Virus record (IMG/VR): IMGVR_UViG_2871745582_000001
Coordinates: 1 to 64,000 of that record
Direction: 5' to 3' (one strand)
DNA: 64,000 nucleotides
Source: a virus
Lineage: Duplodnaviria; Caudoviricetes
How positions within the stretch are numbered: position 1 is the stretch's first letter; each line of letters begins with the position of its first letter. The notes beneath the pieces are model-generated. The model did no database searches. It saw nothing but the letters and a program-made list of their open reading frames with translations, and was not told the DNA's origin. Of the stretch, positions 10,256 through 20,947 are shown piece by piece. The position numbers and the translations under genes were made by a program.

Positions 10256-10855
10256 TTAAAGGGAAAAGTTAAAAAGTGACGCAACTGAGTTGCTCGCCTG
10301 ATTGAATGTGCTGTAGAGAGCAAACGTCATGGGAAACGTTTTAAACTCAGTCACCTGGTCGCGTGAATAAGTCACATCACCCACGGTAACCGGGAAAACG
10401 GTCATCTCGCATTCAAGCTCAGTTAAACCGGCGGACAGCAGGCGATAAATACGAATATTCAGCAGGTAAGAAGAGGGCAGGTTAACCGTGCCATCTGCGT
10501 TAACCACGGCGGCTTTGGCCTCCTTAAACCAGCTCATTACCAGGCCGTCTGTCGTGTCGCGCACCATCATTGTGATGCTTCCGGGTTCGCGCCCGGTTGG
10601 CTGATTGATCGTGCCTCCACCAATTTTTACCGGCTCATACTCAACGCTGTAATCATGGTAGGTAATGTCTTTCGCAAAGAAATCAGCTCCGGTTAGCCCG
10701 TCAATCTCAACGGCAAACATCCAGCCCTGGGCAAAGAGCATCTTGTTCAGGATGACGGAGGTGAGTTTCCCTACCTCCATCTCGCCGATCCCGGACCCAA
10801 AAAGCGCAGTGCTTAGTGCCGATGTCATATATGACGACACACTGGCGGTAGCCAT
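10256..10855 (-). CDS. tub: Tail tube-like protein
   Basis: DFFAKDITYHDYS motif, synteny. Confidence 0.75.
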   Translation of the reverse strand: MATASVSSYMTSALSTALFGSGIGEMEVGKLTSVILNKMLFAQGWMFAVEIDGLTGADFFAKDITYHDYSVEYEPVKIGGGTINQPTGREPGSITMMVRDTTDGLVMSWFKEAKAAVVNADGTVNLPSSYLLNIRIYRLLSAGLTELECEMTVFPVTVGDVTYSRDQVTEFKTFPMTFALYSTFNQASNSVASLFNFSL

Positions 10856-10858
10856 GCT

Positions 10859-11428
10859 TTATCCTCCCTTAGCGAAAGACGAAAAGAGCGTGAAGCCAGG
10901 CAAGATAGCCCGCGTGGCGCTCATCTGCGCTTCAAGGTCAATACGCCTTTGATGAAGGGTGGTTTCATCCGCAAGGTTGGAAATATCGAGCTTGCCGGCG
11001 ACAGAGATGCGGCGAAGCCTGTCGGTATGCGGAATGTTAATCAGCGCCTCAAGGTAATCCGAAACCAGCCCAACAATATCCGTCGGCACCTCACCGCTGT
11101 CATGATCCATATCACGCAGATTCGCCAGGTATTGCACGGTAAGCGGATAAACGACATGGCCATCATTTTCGATTTCAATGTTGTTGTCGTACACCTCAGA
11201 AATAACCAGATCGCCCGTTTTATCGGTAACCGACACCAGCGCCAGAAAATCAGCAGGCACCGCCAGGATACTGGTCTCAGTGGTAATGCGAACCTTGCGC
11301 ATATACCCGGCACGATCCTGATACGCGCCCAGCGCCTGCGTCAGCAGTTCGGATAACAACTCTGGCTCATCCGCCATAAGCGAAGTGAAGCGCCGCTTTA
11401 CGCCTTCAAGGAGTTTATTAGGTGACAT
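10859..11428 (-). CDS. pmgC: Head-tail adaptor
   Basis: [14 protein letters not shown] motif, synteny. Confidence 0.75.
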   Translation of the reverse strand: MSPNKLLEGVKRRFTSLMADEPELLSELLTQALGAYQDRAGYMRKVRITTETSILAVPADFLALVSVTDKTGDLVISEVYDNNIEIENDGHVVYPLTVQYLANLRDMDHDSGEVPTDIVGLVSDYLEALINIPHTDRLRRISVAGKLDISNLADETTLHQRRIDLEAQMSATRAILPGFTLFSSFAKGG

Positions 11429-11516
11429 AGTGACCTCAGAAACAGTTATTCACCCGATTCTAAGTCTTGTTGCTTGTGGGCTTGCTGAAGCCGTGGCGAA
11501 GAGAGAAGAGAGAGTA

Positions 11517-11540
11517 AATAAGGCCCGGGCGGGCCTTATT
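11517..11540. terminator. Intrinsic terminator after bplB
   Basis: AATAAGGCCC-gggc-GGGCCTTATT. Confidence 0.6.
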
Positions 11541-11545
11541 GAGGA

Positions 11546-12046
11546 TTAATCCCAGTCGATCCAGTTATAAACGATACGCAGGGAAGGGCGCACCAGCGCG
11601 GTGACATCTTCAGTGCTCAGATCGATTGCATCGCAATAGATTTTACAGTCATCCATGTAGACTGTCGTCGCGTCTGCCGTGTCACCGCCATTAGATTCTG
11701 GCGTGGCCGCAATGGTGATATCGACGTAGTCTTTTGCTGTGATGCGATCTTTAATGAACTGCAGGATATCGCCGCTGATGGTTTCAACGCACTGTGCCTG
11801 CATTTCACCGGAGTTGCGGATCGGTCCGTGCTGGCTGAATTTCAGGCCGTTAGGGCCATAATCTTCAACGTCCTCGCGCGTCATCTCCGGCAGCTGCGCG
11901 GTACGAACCAGCACGCTGAGGCCTTCGTAACCATCAAAGGTCATTTTAAACTCAGCTGAAATGAGTTTTTCGCCCTTTGATTTGTTGGCCGTGTATTGCG
12001 TCTTCAGGAACGAACGGTTCCCCTTGGTGTTACTGTGTCCAGCCAT
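11546..12046 (-). CDS. bplB: Tail tube/baseplate protein
   Basis: Close match to recalled P1 BplB (PEMTREDVEDYGPNG...RIVYNW). Confidence 0.85.
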   Translation of the reverse strand: MAGHSNTKGNRSFLKTQYTANKSKGEKLISAEFKMTFDGYEGLSVLVRTAQLPEMTREDVEDYGPNGLKFSQHGPIRNSGEMQAQCVETISGDILQFIKDRITAKDYVDITIAATPESNGGDTADATTVYMDDCKIYCDAIDLSTEDVTALVRPSLRIVYNWIDWD

Positions 12047-12062
12047 GTTTCAGATCCCTCTG

Positions 12063-12638
12063 TTACTGGAAAATTCCTGTGATATCCGACGCGTTGTAGA
12101 GGCTTGAGCCGCACAACTGCAGGTTTACCGTATTGCGGATGAAGTGCCCTTCGGGCGTTTTGGGCGCATCCAGATCCCAGCTAACGTCCTGTATCCTCAC
12201 GTCGATTAAATTAATGCGCCGCCCAAGATTTAGCGTGACGGGTTCAGGAATGCGGCCGGCAACAGAGTCCTCACTCAATTCCGGGCTCGCCATGGCCATC
12301 AGGGCGGCGATGGCGCCAGTCACCTCAGTAAACGCATCGTTTTGCGCAAGGAACAGCATGGGGAGGGTGATCGTAGGCGGCTGCCCGCCTTGCCACACCA
12401 TTAATGAGTTCCAGCGCTTAACGGACGTTGTGCCTGTGCCTACCTGAGCAAGGTCGCCCGCCACCCCCGCCACCGATCCCATCGACATCCCGGAGAAGGG
12501 TGCCTCCCATGCCTGCGCCAGATTCATAACGGCACCCTGGGAAACATAACCGGTCACGGAATAGGCTGAATTGGTCAGGGTGACCTTCAGCCTATCAGAG
12601 ACTCCGTCGGTCGTGAAAAAGGCGCCGTAGTATTCCAT
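12063..12638 (-). CDS. pmgG: Morphogenetic protein
   Basis: AQAWEAPF...WNSLMVW motif, synteny. Confidence 0.75.
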   Translation of the reverse strand: MEYYGAFFTTDGVSDRLKVTLTNSAYSVTGYVSQGAVMNLAQAWEAPFSGMSMGSVAGVAGDLAQVGTGTTSVKRWNSLMVWQGGQPPTITLPMLFLAQNDAFTEVTGAIAALMAMASPELSEDSVAGRIPEPVTLNLGRRINLIDVRIQDVSWDLDAPKTPEGHFIRNTVNLQLCGSSLYNASDITGIFQ

Positions 12639-12680
12639 TGCTCCCCCAGAACCGGCCGGAGATCCCCGGCCGGCACTCTG

Positions 12681-13478
12681 TTATCCCAGACGCTTCAGTC
12701 GGATTTTCATCGACTTTTTGCGCGCCATTTTTGCCGCGCCGGTTTGCGATTTCAGACGGGCTTTTTTCAGGGCTGCTTTCTGCGCAGAAGACATGATGCG
12801 TTTGCGCAGTGGCTTCCGGATCAGCTTAATTTCGCCGTTGCGCACCACTTTCTTGAAAGCTTCCGTCAGCATTTCGTCATCAGAGGAGCCCGCAACAACG
12901 AAAGCGGCTTCGACTTCATCGCGATCGTCTGCCGTGATGCCGGCGATAGCAGTGGCGACTTCTTCCGCCGCATCATCGTCTTCATCATCCGCCAGCGTTT
13001 CGATCGTGTCGTCATCAACGCCACACGCTGCCAGGAAGTCTGCAACGTTGCCCCACATATCGTTATAGGCATTCACCTGATCGTCAGTCGGGTCATCGTT
13101 ATCATCAGTGATGTCTGCTGAGGCCTGAACATAGCCGTCCAGCGCATCGAACGAATGATCAGAGCCGTCAGCCCAGGCAAACACCGCGTCGGCTGCATTG
13201 CTCAGCGCATTTTTGACAGCATCTTTACCCGCCGCCTCAAGGATCAGCTGATGCAGATCTTCTACCGACTTAACGCCGCGGCGGCTTTCCAGCAGGGCTT
13301 TCTCTGCGTCGGTTAGCTCAGGCGTTGGTGCCGGAGCTGGCGCCGGAGTGGGCTCCGGCTCAGGCACTGATGCTGCCGCGCGCGCCGATTCCAGCATCTG
13401 GGTTGGTTTTGAGCTCATCGCGAAAGCGCCCAGGCCGTTACCCAGAAATGCGCCAGATTCGAAATAGTTGTTTTTCAT
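12681..13478 (-). CDS. P1 gp21-like structural/prohead core protein
   Basis: Acidic core with basic C-terminus (KVVRNGEIK...), synteny. Confidence 0.75.
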   Translation of the reverse strand: MKNNYFESGAFLGNGLGAFAMSSKPTQMLESARAAASVPEPEPTPAPAPAPTPELTDAEKALLESRRGVKSVEDLHQLILEAAGKDAVKNALSNAADAVFAWADGSDHSFDALDGYVQASADITDDNDDPTDDQVNAYNDMWGNVADFLAACGVDDDTIETLADDEDDDAAEEVATAIAGITADDRDEVEAAFVVAGSSDDEMLTEAFKKVVRNGEIKLIRKPLRKRIMSSAQKAALKKARLKSQTGAAKMARKKSMKIRLKRLG

Positions 13479-13491
13479 GTTTCAGCGTTCC

Positions 13492-15081
13492 TTACTTAAT
13501 CAGGACTGGTTCACCCTGGATGCGGCGCGCACTTCCTGTCGGGCAGCACTTCCAGGTTACTTGCCACAGGTCAATTTCAACCTGGGTGACTTTAAGCACA
13601 TACGGCTCGGTACCGTCTGAGTCCGGATCGCGCGGGGTGACGAGCGCGCCAGCCGCAACGAACCGATCAAGCAGCTTGGTCATGCCGCGCGTCAGGCCAG
13701 CTTCTGTCACGCCATCCGGGTTATGCTTCAGCTGGCGGCCCAGCACCACAAAATAGCGGCTGATGGCGTTCATCAGAGAAGGGATGTGCTGGAAGCGCAG
13801 GTAGTTATTGGCCGTACAGCACGTCAGCGCATCGTCAATAACCATGAGGCCGGTCGTGCCCACAGCCACCTTGTTCAGGCGGGAGGTAACCATGGCTTCT
13901 TCATCCGGCGTGTCTGACGGATAAAGCGGCTTGATGGACGAGCGATTAATGACCCCACGATCTTCGCCTGCAGGCGAGTAATGCCAGCCACCGACATCGG
14001 TGTTTTTCTTCACGCCCCGCGCTTTAGCGGCATAGGCAGCACCAGACAGGCCAAACGAAACGCGTGATTGCGTCCATTTATCCTTACAGGAGTACGGGAA
14101 GTGGTAGAAGCAGCAGGACACATAATCGGTGCCTAACAGGTTTGAATCCTGAACTGCGGTCAGCGCTTCAGAGTAGGTAAGCGTTGGCTTAACATCGAAG
14201 AAACCATCGATCAGACGATCGGCGCAGATATCGGCCAGTGACACGATGGACGTCGAGTCATAGCAGCCGAGGCCCAGCACGGCGGTATATTGCACAGGCG
14301 CGTTGTTCAGCACCGTGATTGCAGAAGCATACTCATCCGCTGAAATAGTTGACTGGGTGCCATTCGTGCCACCAGAGAACTGTACTTTACTCACCGCAGC
14401 CAGAACGGCAGAGCCAGCATAATCGCTGTTTACGGTCGCGGCCAGATAGCTGGAGCGCGCTTCCAGAGCGGACGGCAGGTAGCAGGAGCGGCCCATATCA
14501 TCTACGGCATCTTCTGCCAGTGAAATGGTGTGCGTTTCCAGCGTTGACGTTACGCCCAGCGAAGTGGTTTGCGTCAGCTTCAGGGTGTAGCGAATGTTGC
14601 CGCCATCGTCCGGATCATCAACCGTCAGCGTCAGGTGGCGCGTAGTTGAATCGCACGGGTCGCCATCGTCTACGTAAATGGCATAGGCCTGCCCGCTGTC
14701 GAGCTCAACCTCATTACCGTAAGCCAGCGCGCTTTGTGACACGGCACCCTTCTCATCAAACAGAAGGATTGGAAATTTCGCGTCTGCAGGCACTGCACGG
14801 ACGATATAACCTGACGTCTGCTGCACAGCTTCATAAACGTGACGGATAGGCTCGTACTGGGAGCCCGCTGATGGCTTAATCGGGTCGCCGAGCACGTCGA
14901 GGTAGTTCGATTTGGTAATCGAAAGCAGGGTATAAGGCTTGCCGCGCGCAAACACGCCTACGCCCGCCCACAGGGACGAGTTAAGCGTGCTGCCCACCGA
15001 CATCGTCCCGTCGGCATTGATAGGGCTTACCGCCACGCCAGAGGCGTTACCCAGCGTCTGCTGAATAGAATATTGAGACAT
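13492..15081 (-). CDS. Tail sheath protein (P1 gp22)
   Basis: GWHYSPAG motif, size, synteny. Confidence 0.85.
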   Translation of the reverse strand: MSQYSIQQTLGNASGVAVSPINADGTMSVGSTLNSSLWAGVGVFARGKPYTLLSITKSNYLDVLGDPIKPSAGSQYEPIRHVYEAVQQTSGYIVRAVPADAKFPILLFDEKGAVSQSALAYGNEVELDSGQAYAIYVDDGDPCDSTTRHLTLTVDDPDDGGNIRYTLKLTQTTSLGVTSTLETHTISLAEDAVDDMGRSCYLPSALEARSSYLAATVNSDYAGSAVLAAVSKVQFSGGTNGTQSTISADEYASAITVLNNAPVQYTAVLGLGCYDSTSIVSLADICADRLIDGFFDVKPTLTYSEALTAVQDSNLLGTDYVSCCFYHFPYSCKDKWTQSRVSFGLSGAAYAAKARGVKKNTDVGGWHYSPAGEDRGVINRSSIKPLYPSDTPDEEAMVTSRLNKVAVGTTGLMVIDDALTCCTANNYLRFQHIPSLMNAISRYFVVLGRQLKHNPDGVTEAGLTRGMTKLLDRFVAAGALVTPRDPDSDGTEPYVLKVTQVEIDLWQVTWKCCPTGSARRIQGEPVLIK

Positions 15082-15147
15082 AACATTCCCTGTTAAGCGC
15101 CCCGCAAGTCGGGGCGCGCTGTTAATTGACGTTTACGGGATCAGCGC

Positions 15148-16848
15148 TTACTCAGACGCAGATTCGATAACATCACCGGTCAGGAAGTTGATGCCGCCTG
15201 CCTTCGTCATCGTCAGGCTGACTTTGGTGAAGTAGTCGGTACCATTGCGTGGGTGCATGTCGTTGATCGCCGAGCCCCACAGGGTGGTGCGGTTCACCAG
15301 GCCGGTTGTGGTCGGGTGCTGGAACGGAATGGCCGGCACCGCGTCGCCAGTGACGAAGCCTGCTTTGCCCGGGTTCTCATCGCGGACGTAGCAGAGGGCA
15401 TCCAACGCGGTGAATTCAACGCCGTCGTCGCTCAGGGCATCGCACACGCCGTTTGGCACTTCGTACACTTTCACGTTACCGAACAGCGTGCCGATGAAGT
15501 GAACGTAAGCGGACTGGGTATAGTCCTCGGCAGGCTGGAAAAAGCCTGGAGGCAGTTGCTTGAAGAAGGCAGCCGCATCAGCGCCGGCAAACATGCCCTG
15601 AGCACCAGACGATTTCACGCGCTCGATGATGTTGCGATACACGGTCTGGAATTTACCCTTCACGATGGTCGCCCATACGTCGAACGTCTGGTTGTCCGGC
15701 AACGCGATGTCGAAGGTATCGGTATTCAGGGTGCGCCATACCATGATGCGCAGGCGCAGCATGTCCTGTTCGTGGGACAGGTATTCTTTCAGGGTGCGGA
15801 ACTGCAGCGAGCCCAGATCGATACCGAATTCGCGCTGTGCTTCATACGCCGCCTGAACGGAGTGTTCCGCCGCCAGGACGTACTGGCTCGGATACAGTTC
15901 GTAATCAGCCATTTCATGGTTGATCAGCGGGATCAGGTTCGGTGCCGCTTCGATGTTGATCTCTGCTTCGATGGCAATCTCGGTGCCTGCATCCGGCGCG
16001 GCAGAGAAGGTCAGCGCAATCTGGCCGGTGGTGTAGGTCAGGGAGCAGGTTACGGTAACGGTGCTGCCCGCTTTGTTGGTGTAGGTGTGCAGCAGCGAGC
16101 CGTTGGCGTTGTCACGTACCGACTTGACGCGGTCGATATAGATATTTGAACGGCCTTTACGGATCGGCACATCCTGACCTTCAAAGGCAGACATTTTGAA
16201 GGTGAATGCCGTGGTGGCACCGTCAGCTGATGCTGTCAGCACGTAGCGGCGACGCAGCTGGGAATAAACGCCCACAGACTGCATGTCCAGCTGGTCACCC
16301 GCGCTGTAGGAGCCGAAAGAGCTGCCCGCAACGTTGATAACTTCGTAAATTTTGGAGATGTCGCGAGAAACCGGGATGAAGGTACATGCATCGCTGGTGG
16401 CCGCGCCGAGCTGGGAGGGAAGGATCATCGCCAGGAACAGCGGCTGACGCATCACGCCGTCAGAGTTGCTCATCATTTCAGAAGAGACAGACTCCAGCAT
16501 GGCTTTGTTGGTGCCTTCCATGCCTTTACGGCTGGATTCCAGCATGCAGTTTTCCAGCGCCTGATGGCACGAAGCCAGAATTTCCGGGCGGGGAACCTGT
16601 TTGTATTTAGCAGCATGGTCGGCCAGCGCCGCGCCCCACGCGGTGGCGATTTGCGCGACGTGGTTGTCATGAACGCCTTCAAAGATCGGGTCCAGTTTGG
16701 CTGCTTCCAGAATGCTCTGCGCACGAGCAGCATCATCCTTGATGAACGCACCGTTCTGGAATTGCGCAGCGCTCGCCCATCCCAGCACGCTCTTGGAGCG
16801 GTTGGCGATGTCGGCCAGACGTGCCTTGTATTCCTGCATATTGTTCAA
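15148..16848 (-). CDS. Major capsid protein (P1 gp23)
   Basis: 566 aa, biased codon usage, own late promoter (16900-16918), synteny. Confidence 0.88.
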   Translation of the reverse strand: MNNMQEYKARLADIANRSKSVLGWASAAQFQNGAFIKDDAARAQSILEAAKLDPIFEGVHDNHVAQIATAWGAALADHAAKYKQVPRPEILASCHQALENCMLESSRKGMEGTNKAMLESVSSEMMSNSDGVMRQPLFLAMILPSQLGAATSDACTFIPVSRDISKIYEVINVAGSSFGSYSAGDQLDMQSVGVYSQLRRRYVLTASADGATTAFTFKMSAFEGQDVPIRKGRSNIYIDRVKSVRDNANGSLLHTYTNKAGSTVTVTCSLTYTTGQIALTFSAAPDAGTEIAIEAEINIEAAPNLIPLINHEMADYELYPSQYVLAAEHSVQAAYEAQREFGIDLGSLQFRTLKEYLSHEQDMLRLRIMVWRTLNTDTFDIALPDNQTFDVWATIVKGKFQTVYRNIIERVKSSGAQGMFAGADAAAFFKQLPPGFFQPAEDYTQSAYVHFIGTLFGNVKVYEVPNGVCDALSDDGVEFTALDALCYVRDENPGKAGFVTGDAVPAIPFQHPTTTGLVNRTTLWGSAINDMHPRNGTDYFTKVSLTMTKAGGINFLTGDVIESASE

Positions 16849-16972
16849 AGTGTGTGTCCTTTCAAACAGGGCACGCCTTTGAGACTCTTTCCGACTGTGA
16901 TTTTATGGAAAGTGATATGTTGACAAGGGGAAAATCGCTCTAATAAAAAATCCCGCCGAAGCGGGATTATGT

Positions 16973-18295
16973 TCAGACTACTGCCGCTGTAATCCGCGAT
17001 CGGGCAATATCGACATATTCGTCCTCGCGCTCGATACCGATAAACTGAAATCCTTCCCGCATGGCTGCCTTGCCGGTTGAACCGCTGCCCATAAACGGAT
17101 CCAGAACCACGCCGCCAGCAGGCGTGACCAGGCGACACAGGTACGCCATGAGTTCGGTAGGCTTTACGGTCGGATGGTTGTTTCCCTTAGTCGCGGTGTT
17201 TTCCACCTTGCGCAGTGTCGCGCCGTGCTCAAACTGTGGACCGGGAGCATCTAACCCCTCATGACGGTCTTTAGGGCTGGCTTTCGGACAGTAGAAGAAG
17301 CGCGCCGTACTGCCGCTGTCAGAGTATTCGGTGCTCTGATGATTATTAGTGCCCCAGTTGGTGCCTTCTACAGTTGCAGCCTGACTGGTGGCGCTGCGCT
17401 TGCCGGTCTGGCTGGATTCCGGAAAGAGCGCCAGCACTGTATCGCTTCCATCATGGATGATGTTGGCAGGCCAGCGGCCGGGTGGGTTATAGTTTCCCCG
17501 GGCATTCTGTCCCATATCCCCCAGTACATTGTTACTTCTCGCACCATTGCCATGATCAGCGTGCTGGTTCTTACCTTTCGACTCCTGCTCATCCGCTTTA
17601 CCAGCGAATGGAACGCGGCAAGCATCAATATTCAGCGCGCCAGTACCGTGCGCCATTACGTTAGCCGTTACGCTGCCTTTAAACGGTTTGCGTGCCATAG
17701 TGATCGGCTCATGGGCTGGCTTGAGGGCTGTACCCCAGCCTTCCCATTCCTTAGCCGCATCGGTAGCCGGTGCTGTGAGAGGCTGCGGCGCACAGTCATA
17801 ACTAACTTTGCGGGTTTCACTGTATTGCTGACGAGCTTTACCGCGAGAATAGGACGCAGGTGCAACCACTTCGCGATCAGCGCCTGCCATCTTGTCGATC
17901 TGCTTACTGATATCCATGTTTTTGGGGAAGCCGCTGCCGTACATCCAGGCGATAGAGTCGCGGATTTCAAAACCGGCCAGACGAATGGCAAGCGTCCCTA
18001 AATCCTGCGTCCGCGCGCCGAAGAAAGCCAGCAGGTGCCCGCCCGGCTTGAGCACACGCAGGCACTCGCGCCATACAGAGGGACCAGGAACGAAACTATC
18101 CCACGATTTACCCATAAACCCGCTACCGGTGTGCTGGTAATCATCCCCGGCCAGCCAGTGGCGTAAAACCTCTGCCATATCCGGTTCTTTACTCAGTCCG
18201 TAAGGCGGATCGGTAACGATACTGTCTACAGAGTTATCAGGCAGGGTTTTAAGAACTGCCAGGCAGTCTCCATGATGTAAAGTAAAACGTTCCAT
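16973..18295 (-). CDS. N4/N6 amino-DNA methyltransferase (beta class)
   Basis: DPPY, HPTVKP and LDPFMGSGST motifs; start placed at MERF downstream of a C1 operator. Confidence 0.9.
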   Translation of the reverse strand: MERFTLHHGDCLAVLKTLPDNSVDSIVTDPPYGLSKEPDMAEVLRHWLAGDDYQHTGSGFMGKSWDSFVPGPSVWRECLRVLKPGGHLLAFFGARTQDLGTLAIRLAGFEIRDSIAWMYGSGFPKNMDISKQIDKMAGADREVVAPASYSRGKARQQYSETRKVSYDCAPQPLTAPATDAAKEWEGWGTALKPAHEPITMARKPFKGSVTANVMAHGTGALNIDACRVPFAGKADEQESKGKNQHADHGNGARSNNVLGDMGQNARGNYNPPGRWPANIIHDGSDTVLALFPESSQTGKRSATSQAATVEGTNWGTNNHQSTEYSDSGSTARFFYCPKASPKDRHEGLDAPGPQFEHGATLRKVENTATKGNNHPTVKPTELMAYLCRLVTPAGGVVLDPFMGSGSTGKAAMREGFQFIGIEREDEYVDIARSRITAAVV

Positions 18296-18311
18296 CGTCT
18301 CTCTTAAATAA

Positions 18312-18328
18312 TAATTTATTAGAGCAAT
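18312..18328 (-). promoter_or_regulatory. C1 operator
   Basis: ATTGCTCTAATAAATTA versus P1 consensus ATTGCTCTAATAAATTT. Confidence 0.85.
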
Positions 18329-18329
18329 A

Positions 18330-19472
18330 TTATTTACACATTTCCGGCGAGATAACAATCTCGCCTACCTTGCCGAAAGCTCGATGGTAGGTAATGACTT
18401 TAGCGTCTCGCCCGGACAGCCAGCCGCCGCGGCTGGCGTAGGCATCTTTGGCTGCCAGCGTGCGGTGCTGCTCCATCACCATAAGATTGCTTTCATCCAC
18501 TTTTGCGTGGTGAAGGTGCCCGCAATGGCCATAGCTGAATTTAGTGCGGCCAAAAACGTCACGAAACTTCGCCGCAAAAATCTGTGGCAGCTGGCCAATG
18601 CGGGCTTTGTGTCCGTGATGGAAGAAGAGGGAAGTCTCGCCATGCTCAACGCAGTAATAAGGGTCGGGTGAACGGTCAACCGTAATGCGGGGCTCTTTCT
18701 CATACAGCGCCGCCAGCATTTCTCGCAGCCATACAGAACTGGATTCGTCGTGGTTGCCTTCGGCCATAATGACGTGAACCTGTGAATGCTTCGCCAGAAG
18801 CATGTCAATGCAATTACGGATAACCCGGATAGCGGAGCGCACAACCAGAGCAAAGCGGCTGTCAGCGTCCAGTACATGGCGACTGGCGGGCGTAACCGGC
18901 ATCATGCCGTCGAAGTGCAACAGATCGCCAAGGTTGGCAAATACGACGCGCTCTGCCGGCGGTGCCTGGCTTATTGCCGCGCGAAACCAGTCCACCAGCA
19001 ATTTTTCTGCAATTTCCAGATTCCAGTCATCACCGGTTTCTTCGCCCCATGAAAGCATTCCAAGGTGATAATCGGAGATAACCAGCAGGTTGAGCAGATC
19101 GGTATTTTGCAGAGCAGAAGAGGGCGCGGTAATCGGGCGGACGCGAGGAAGCTTGTCACACATTGCGGCAACCGTTTCCATCATCAGCTGGAATTGTCGC
19201 TCTTTATCTTCCGTAGACTTTACCCACTGGCCCGCCACCTGACCTTCTTTGTTATAGAGCGTCGAAACGCCTTTAACCTTAAAGCCATCCGGAACGGTGT
19301 GGGTCATGTTGTGCTCAGGGCTAAACCCCTGGCGCGCCAGCGCTGCGCGGTGGTAATAGTAAGTGCGCTCAGCAATGCCCAGCTCTTTGGCAATTTTACG
19401 GCCAGGCATGCCGGTAGCCAGTAGCGTTTTGATCCGCTCGTCCAGCTGTTCTGATTCTTTCCGTGTAATCAC
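18330..19472 (-). CDS. HTH plus calcineurin-like metallophosphoesterase
   Basis: N-terminal HTH; DYH, GD, GNHD, HGH and GHLH motifs. Confidence 0.85.
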   Translation of the reverse strand: MITRKESEQLDERIKTLLATGMPGRKIAKELGIAERTYYYHRAALARQGFSPEHNMTHTVPDGFKVKGVSTLYNKEGQVAGQWVKSTEDKERQFQLMMETVAAMCDKLPRVRPITAPSSALQNTDLLNLLVISDYHLGMLSWGEETGDDWNLEIAEKLLVDWFRAAISQAPPAERVVFANLGDLLHFDGMMPVTPASRHVLDADSRFALVVRSAIRVIRNCIDMLLAKHSQVHVIMAEGNHDESSSVWLREMLAALYEKEPRITVDRSPDPYYCVEHGETSLFFHHGHKARIGQLPQIFAAKFRDVFGRTKFSYGHCGHLHHAKVDESNLMVMEQHRTLAAKDAYASRGGWLSGRDAKVITYHRAFGKVGEIVISPEMCK

Positions 19473-19762
19473 TACGCATGCTCCCGTATGAAATATGCGG
19501 AACAGCTTACGCTATGTGGTTTGTCGCTTTTTTCTTCACTGGCAGGGGTATGCCGGATAATGTCTTCTCTGTGCTACGCAATGCCTGCCTAAAGTCTACT
19601 GAGCGCTACATTTTGCCTTTTTCAGGCTCACCGGGCAGCTGCCGACGCCAGCAAACGCCCCCATCACTGAAAATATGTAGCACACAGTAGACGCTTACCC
19701 TCTCTTTTAGCTGACAGGTAGCATGCAATAGATTTCAGGGTCGGGTAAGTCTGGCTTTGTTT

Positions 19763-20048
19763 GGTGGGCTGGATTATGCAGAGAGCAACACACAGGGAAA
19801 GCAATGCTTCGCCTGCATGTTACGACACACCTTTGTAGAATTTCATTGCTCCGTGCGGTACAAAGGGCGGAAACAAGCTCCCGGAAGGCAAATTTTAGCG
19901 GCCCGGAGGCTTAAAAAAGGTGGGCTGCATTATGCCAGATCAACAAAAGTGTGTCGCAACATGCAAAAGTTAGGGGTAAAACAAGGCTGAGAAGCCCCGT
20001 TGCATAATCCGACACACCTTTTGCCTCACCTGCATAATCCAACCCACC
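19763..20048. repeat. incA-like copy-control iterons (6 copies, mixed orientation)
   Basis: TGCAT-n4-GAC(A/C)CACC-like copies at 19763, 19814, 19916, 19945, 20001 and 20031, downstream of repA. Confidence 0.8.
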
Positions 20049-20059
20049 ATTGCATGCAG

Positions 20060-20923
20060 TTATGCGACGTCTTTGAGTTTTTTATTTCTTTTATGGATCA
20101 AAACGGTTAATTCACGACCTTCCTTCGTCACTGAGTATTCGATATAACCGATTTTTCCTAGCTCTTCCAGAGCTGCTTTAATCAAGCGATTCTGCTCTTT
20201 AATGGGAGAGCTTAAGGCCAGGCGCTCAATGATTCTCGTAAATCGGATTGGAGCCGGATTATCAGGCAGACTGGCTATGTACGCATACAGCGTTTGCGCT
20301 ACTTCTTTGCCCTTCAGTAAGTGATAGGGCTTCTTTCGCAACAGGATGTTGTAGTCAATTTGGTAGATTTCCCAAAGACGCTCATCTGCCTCTAATACAA
20401 CAACATCATCTTCTCTGCGAAAGGCGGCAGATTTGAGCAGGTGCGTGAACACCTTGTTGCCTGAAGATTTACTCTTAAATTGAACAGCTTTTGTACCGAT
20501 GCGCGTCAGCGAGTCGAAAACTGAGTCTCGCAGGCGGCGGTTGAACTGGCGAGAATCAAACTGGCACAGTGAAGCAAATTCAACAAATGGCAGCTCTATT
20601 TTATTTGTGGTCAGCCCGTATTTGCTAAACGAGCCGATAACCCCCATCCAGACGCTAAAATCTGTGGAGATAGTGAGTCTTTCTCCAAAGATTTTAACTT
20701 CGTCGTATCCCTCTTTTCGCGCAAATTCAAGCTGTGAAAACGCTACTGACACGTCAAGCCCGGTTTGTTGCCCTTTAGGCACAGCACGGCTCCCTGGGAC
20801 AAAAACACCAAGTCGAAGCAGAATGGCAGGCTGTACTGAAGACAAAGAAGTGACTGTGAGTTCTTTTGAAACACTCAAGTCTGATTCATAAGACTGATTG
20901 CAAAAAAAAGATTCAGTTTTCAA
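20060..20923 (-). CDS. repA: Plasmid replication initiator (P1 RepA/RepFIB family)
   Basis: VQPAILLRLGVFVP and YIASLPDNPAPI motifs; flanked by iterons. Confidence 0.9.
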   Translation of the reverse strand: MKTESFFCNQSYESDLSVSKELTVTSLSSVQPAILLRLGVFVPGSRAVPKGQQTGLDVSVAFSQLEFARKEGYDEVKIFGERLTISTDFSVWMGVIGSFSKYGLTTNKIELPFVEFASLCQFDSRQFNRRLRDSVFDSLTRIGTKAVQFKSKSSGNKVFTHLLKSAAFRREDDVVVLEADERLWEIYQIDYNILLRKKPYHLLKGKEVAQTLYAYIASLPDNPAPIRFTRIIERLALSSPIKEQNRLIKAALEELGKIGYIEYSVTKEGRELTVLIHKRNKKLKDVA

Positions 20924-20947
20924 TTATTTACCCGCCGTTTCGCTGAC

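Noticed and set aside
15253..16149. 298-aa ORF antisense to the capsid gene (similar ones lie opposite ban, pacA and the MTase)
   Set aside because: Shadow ORFs arising from the codon bias of the real genes
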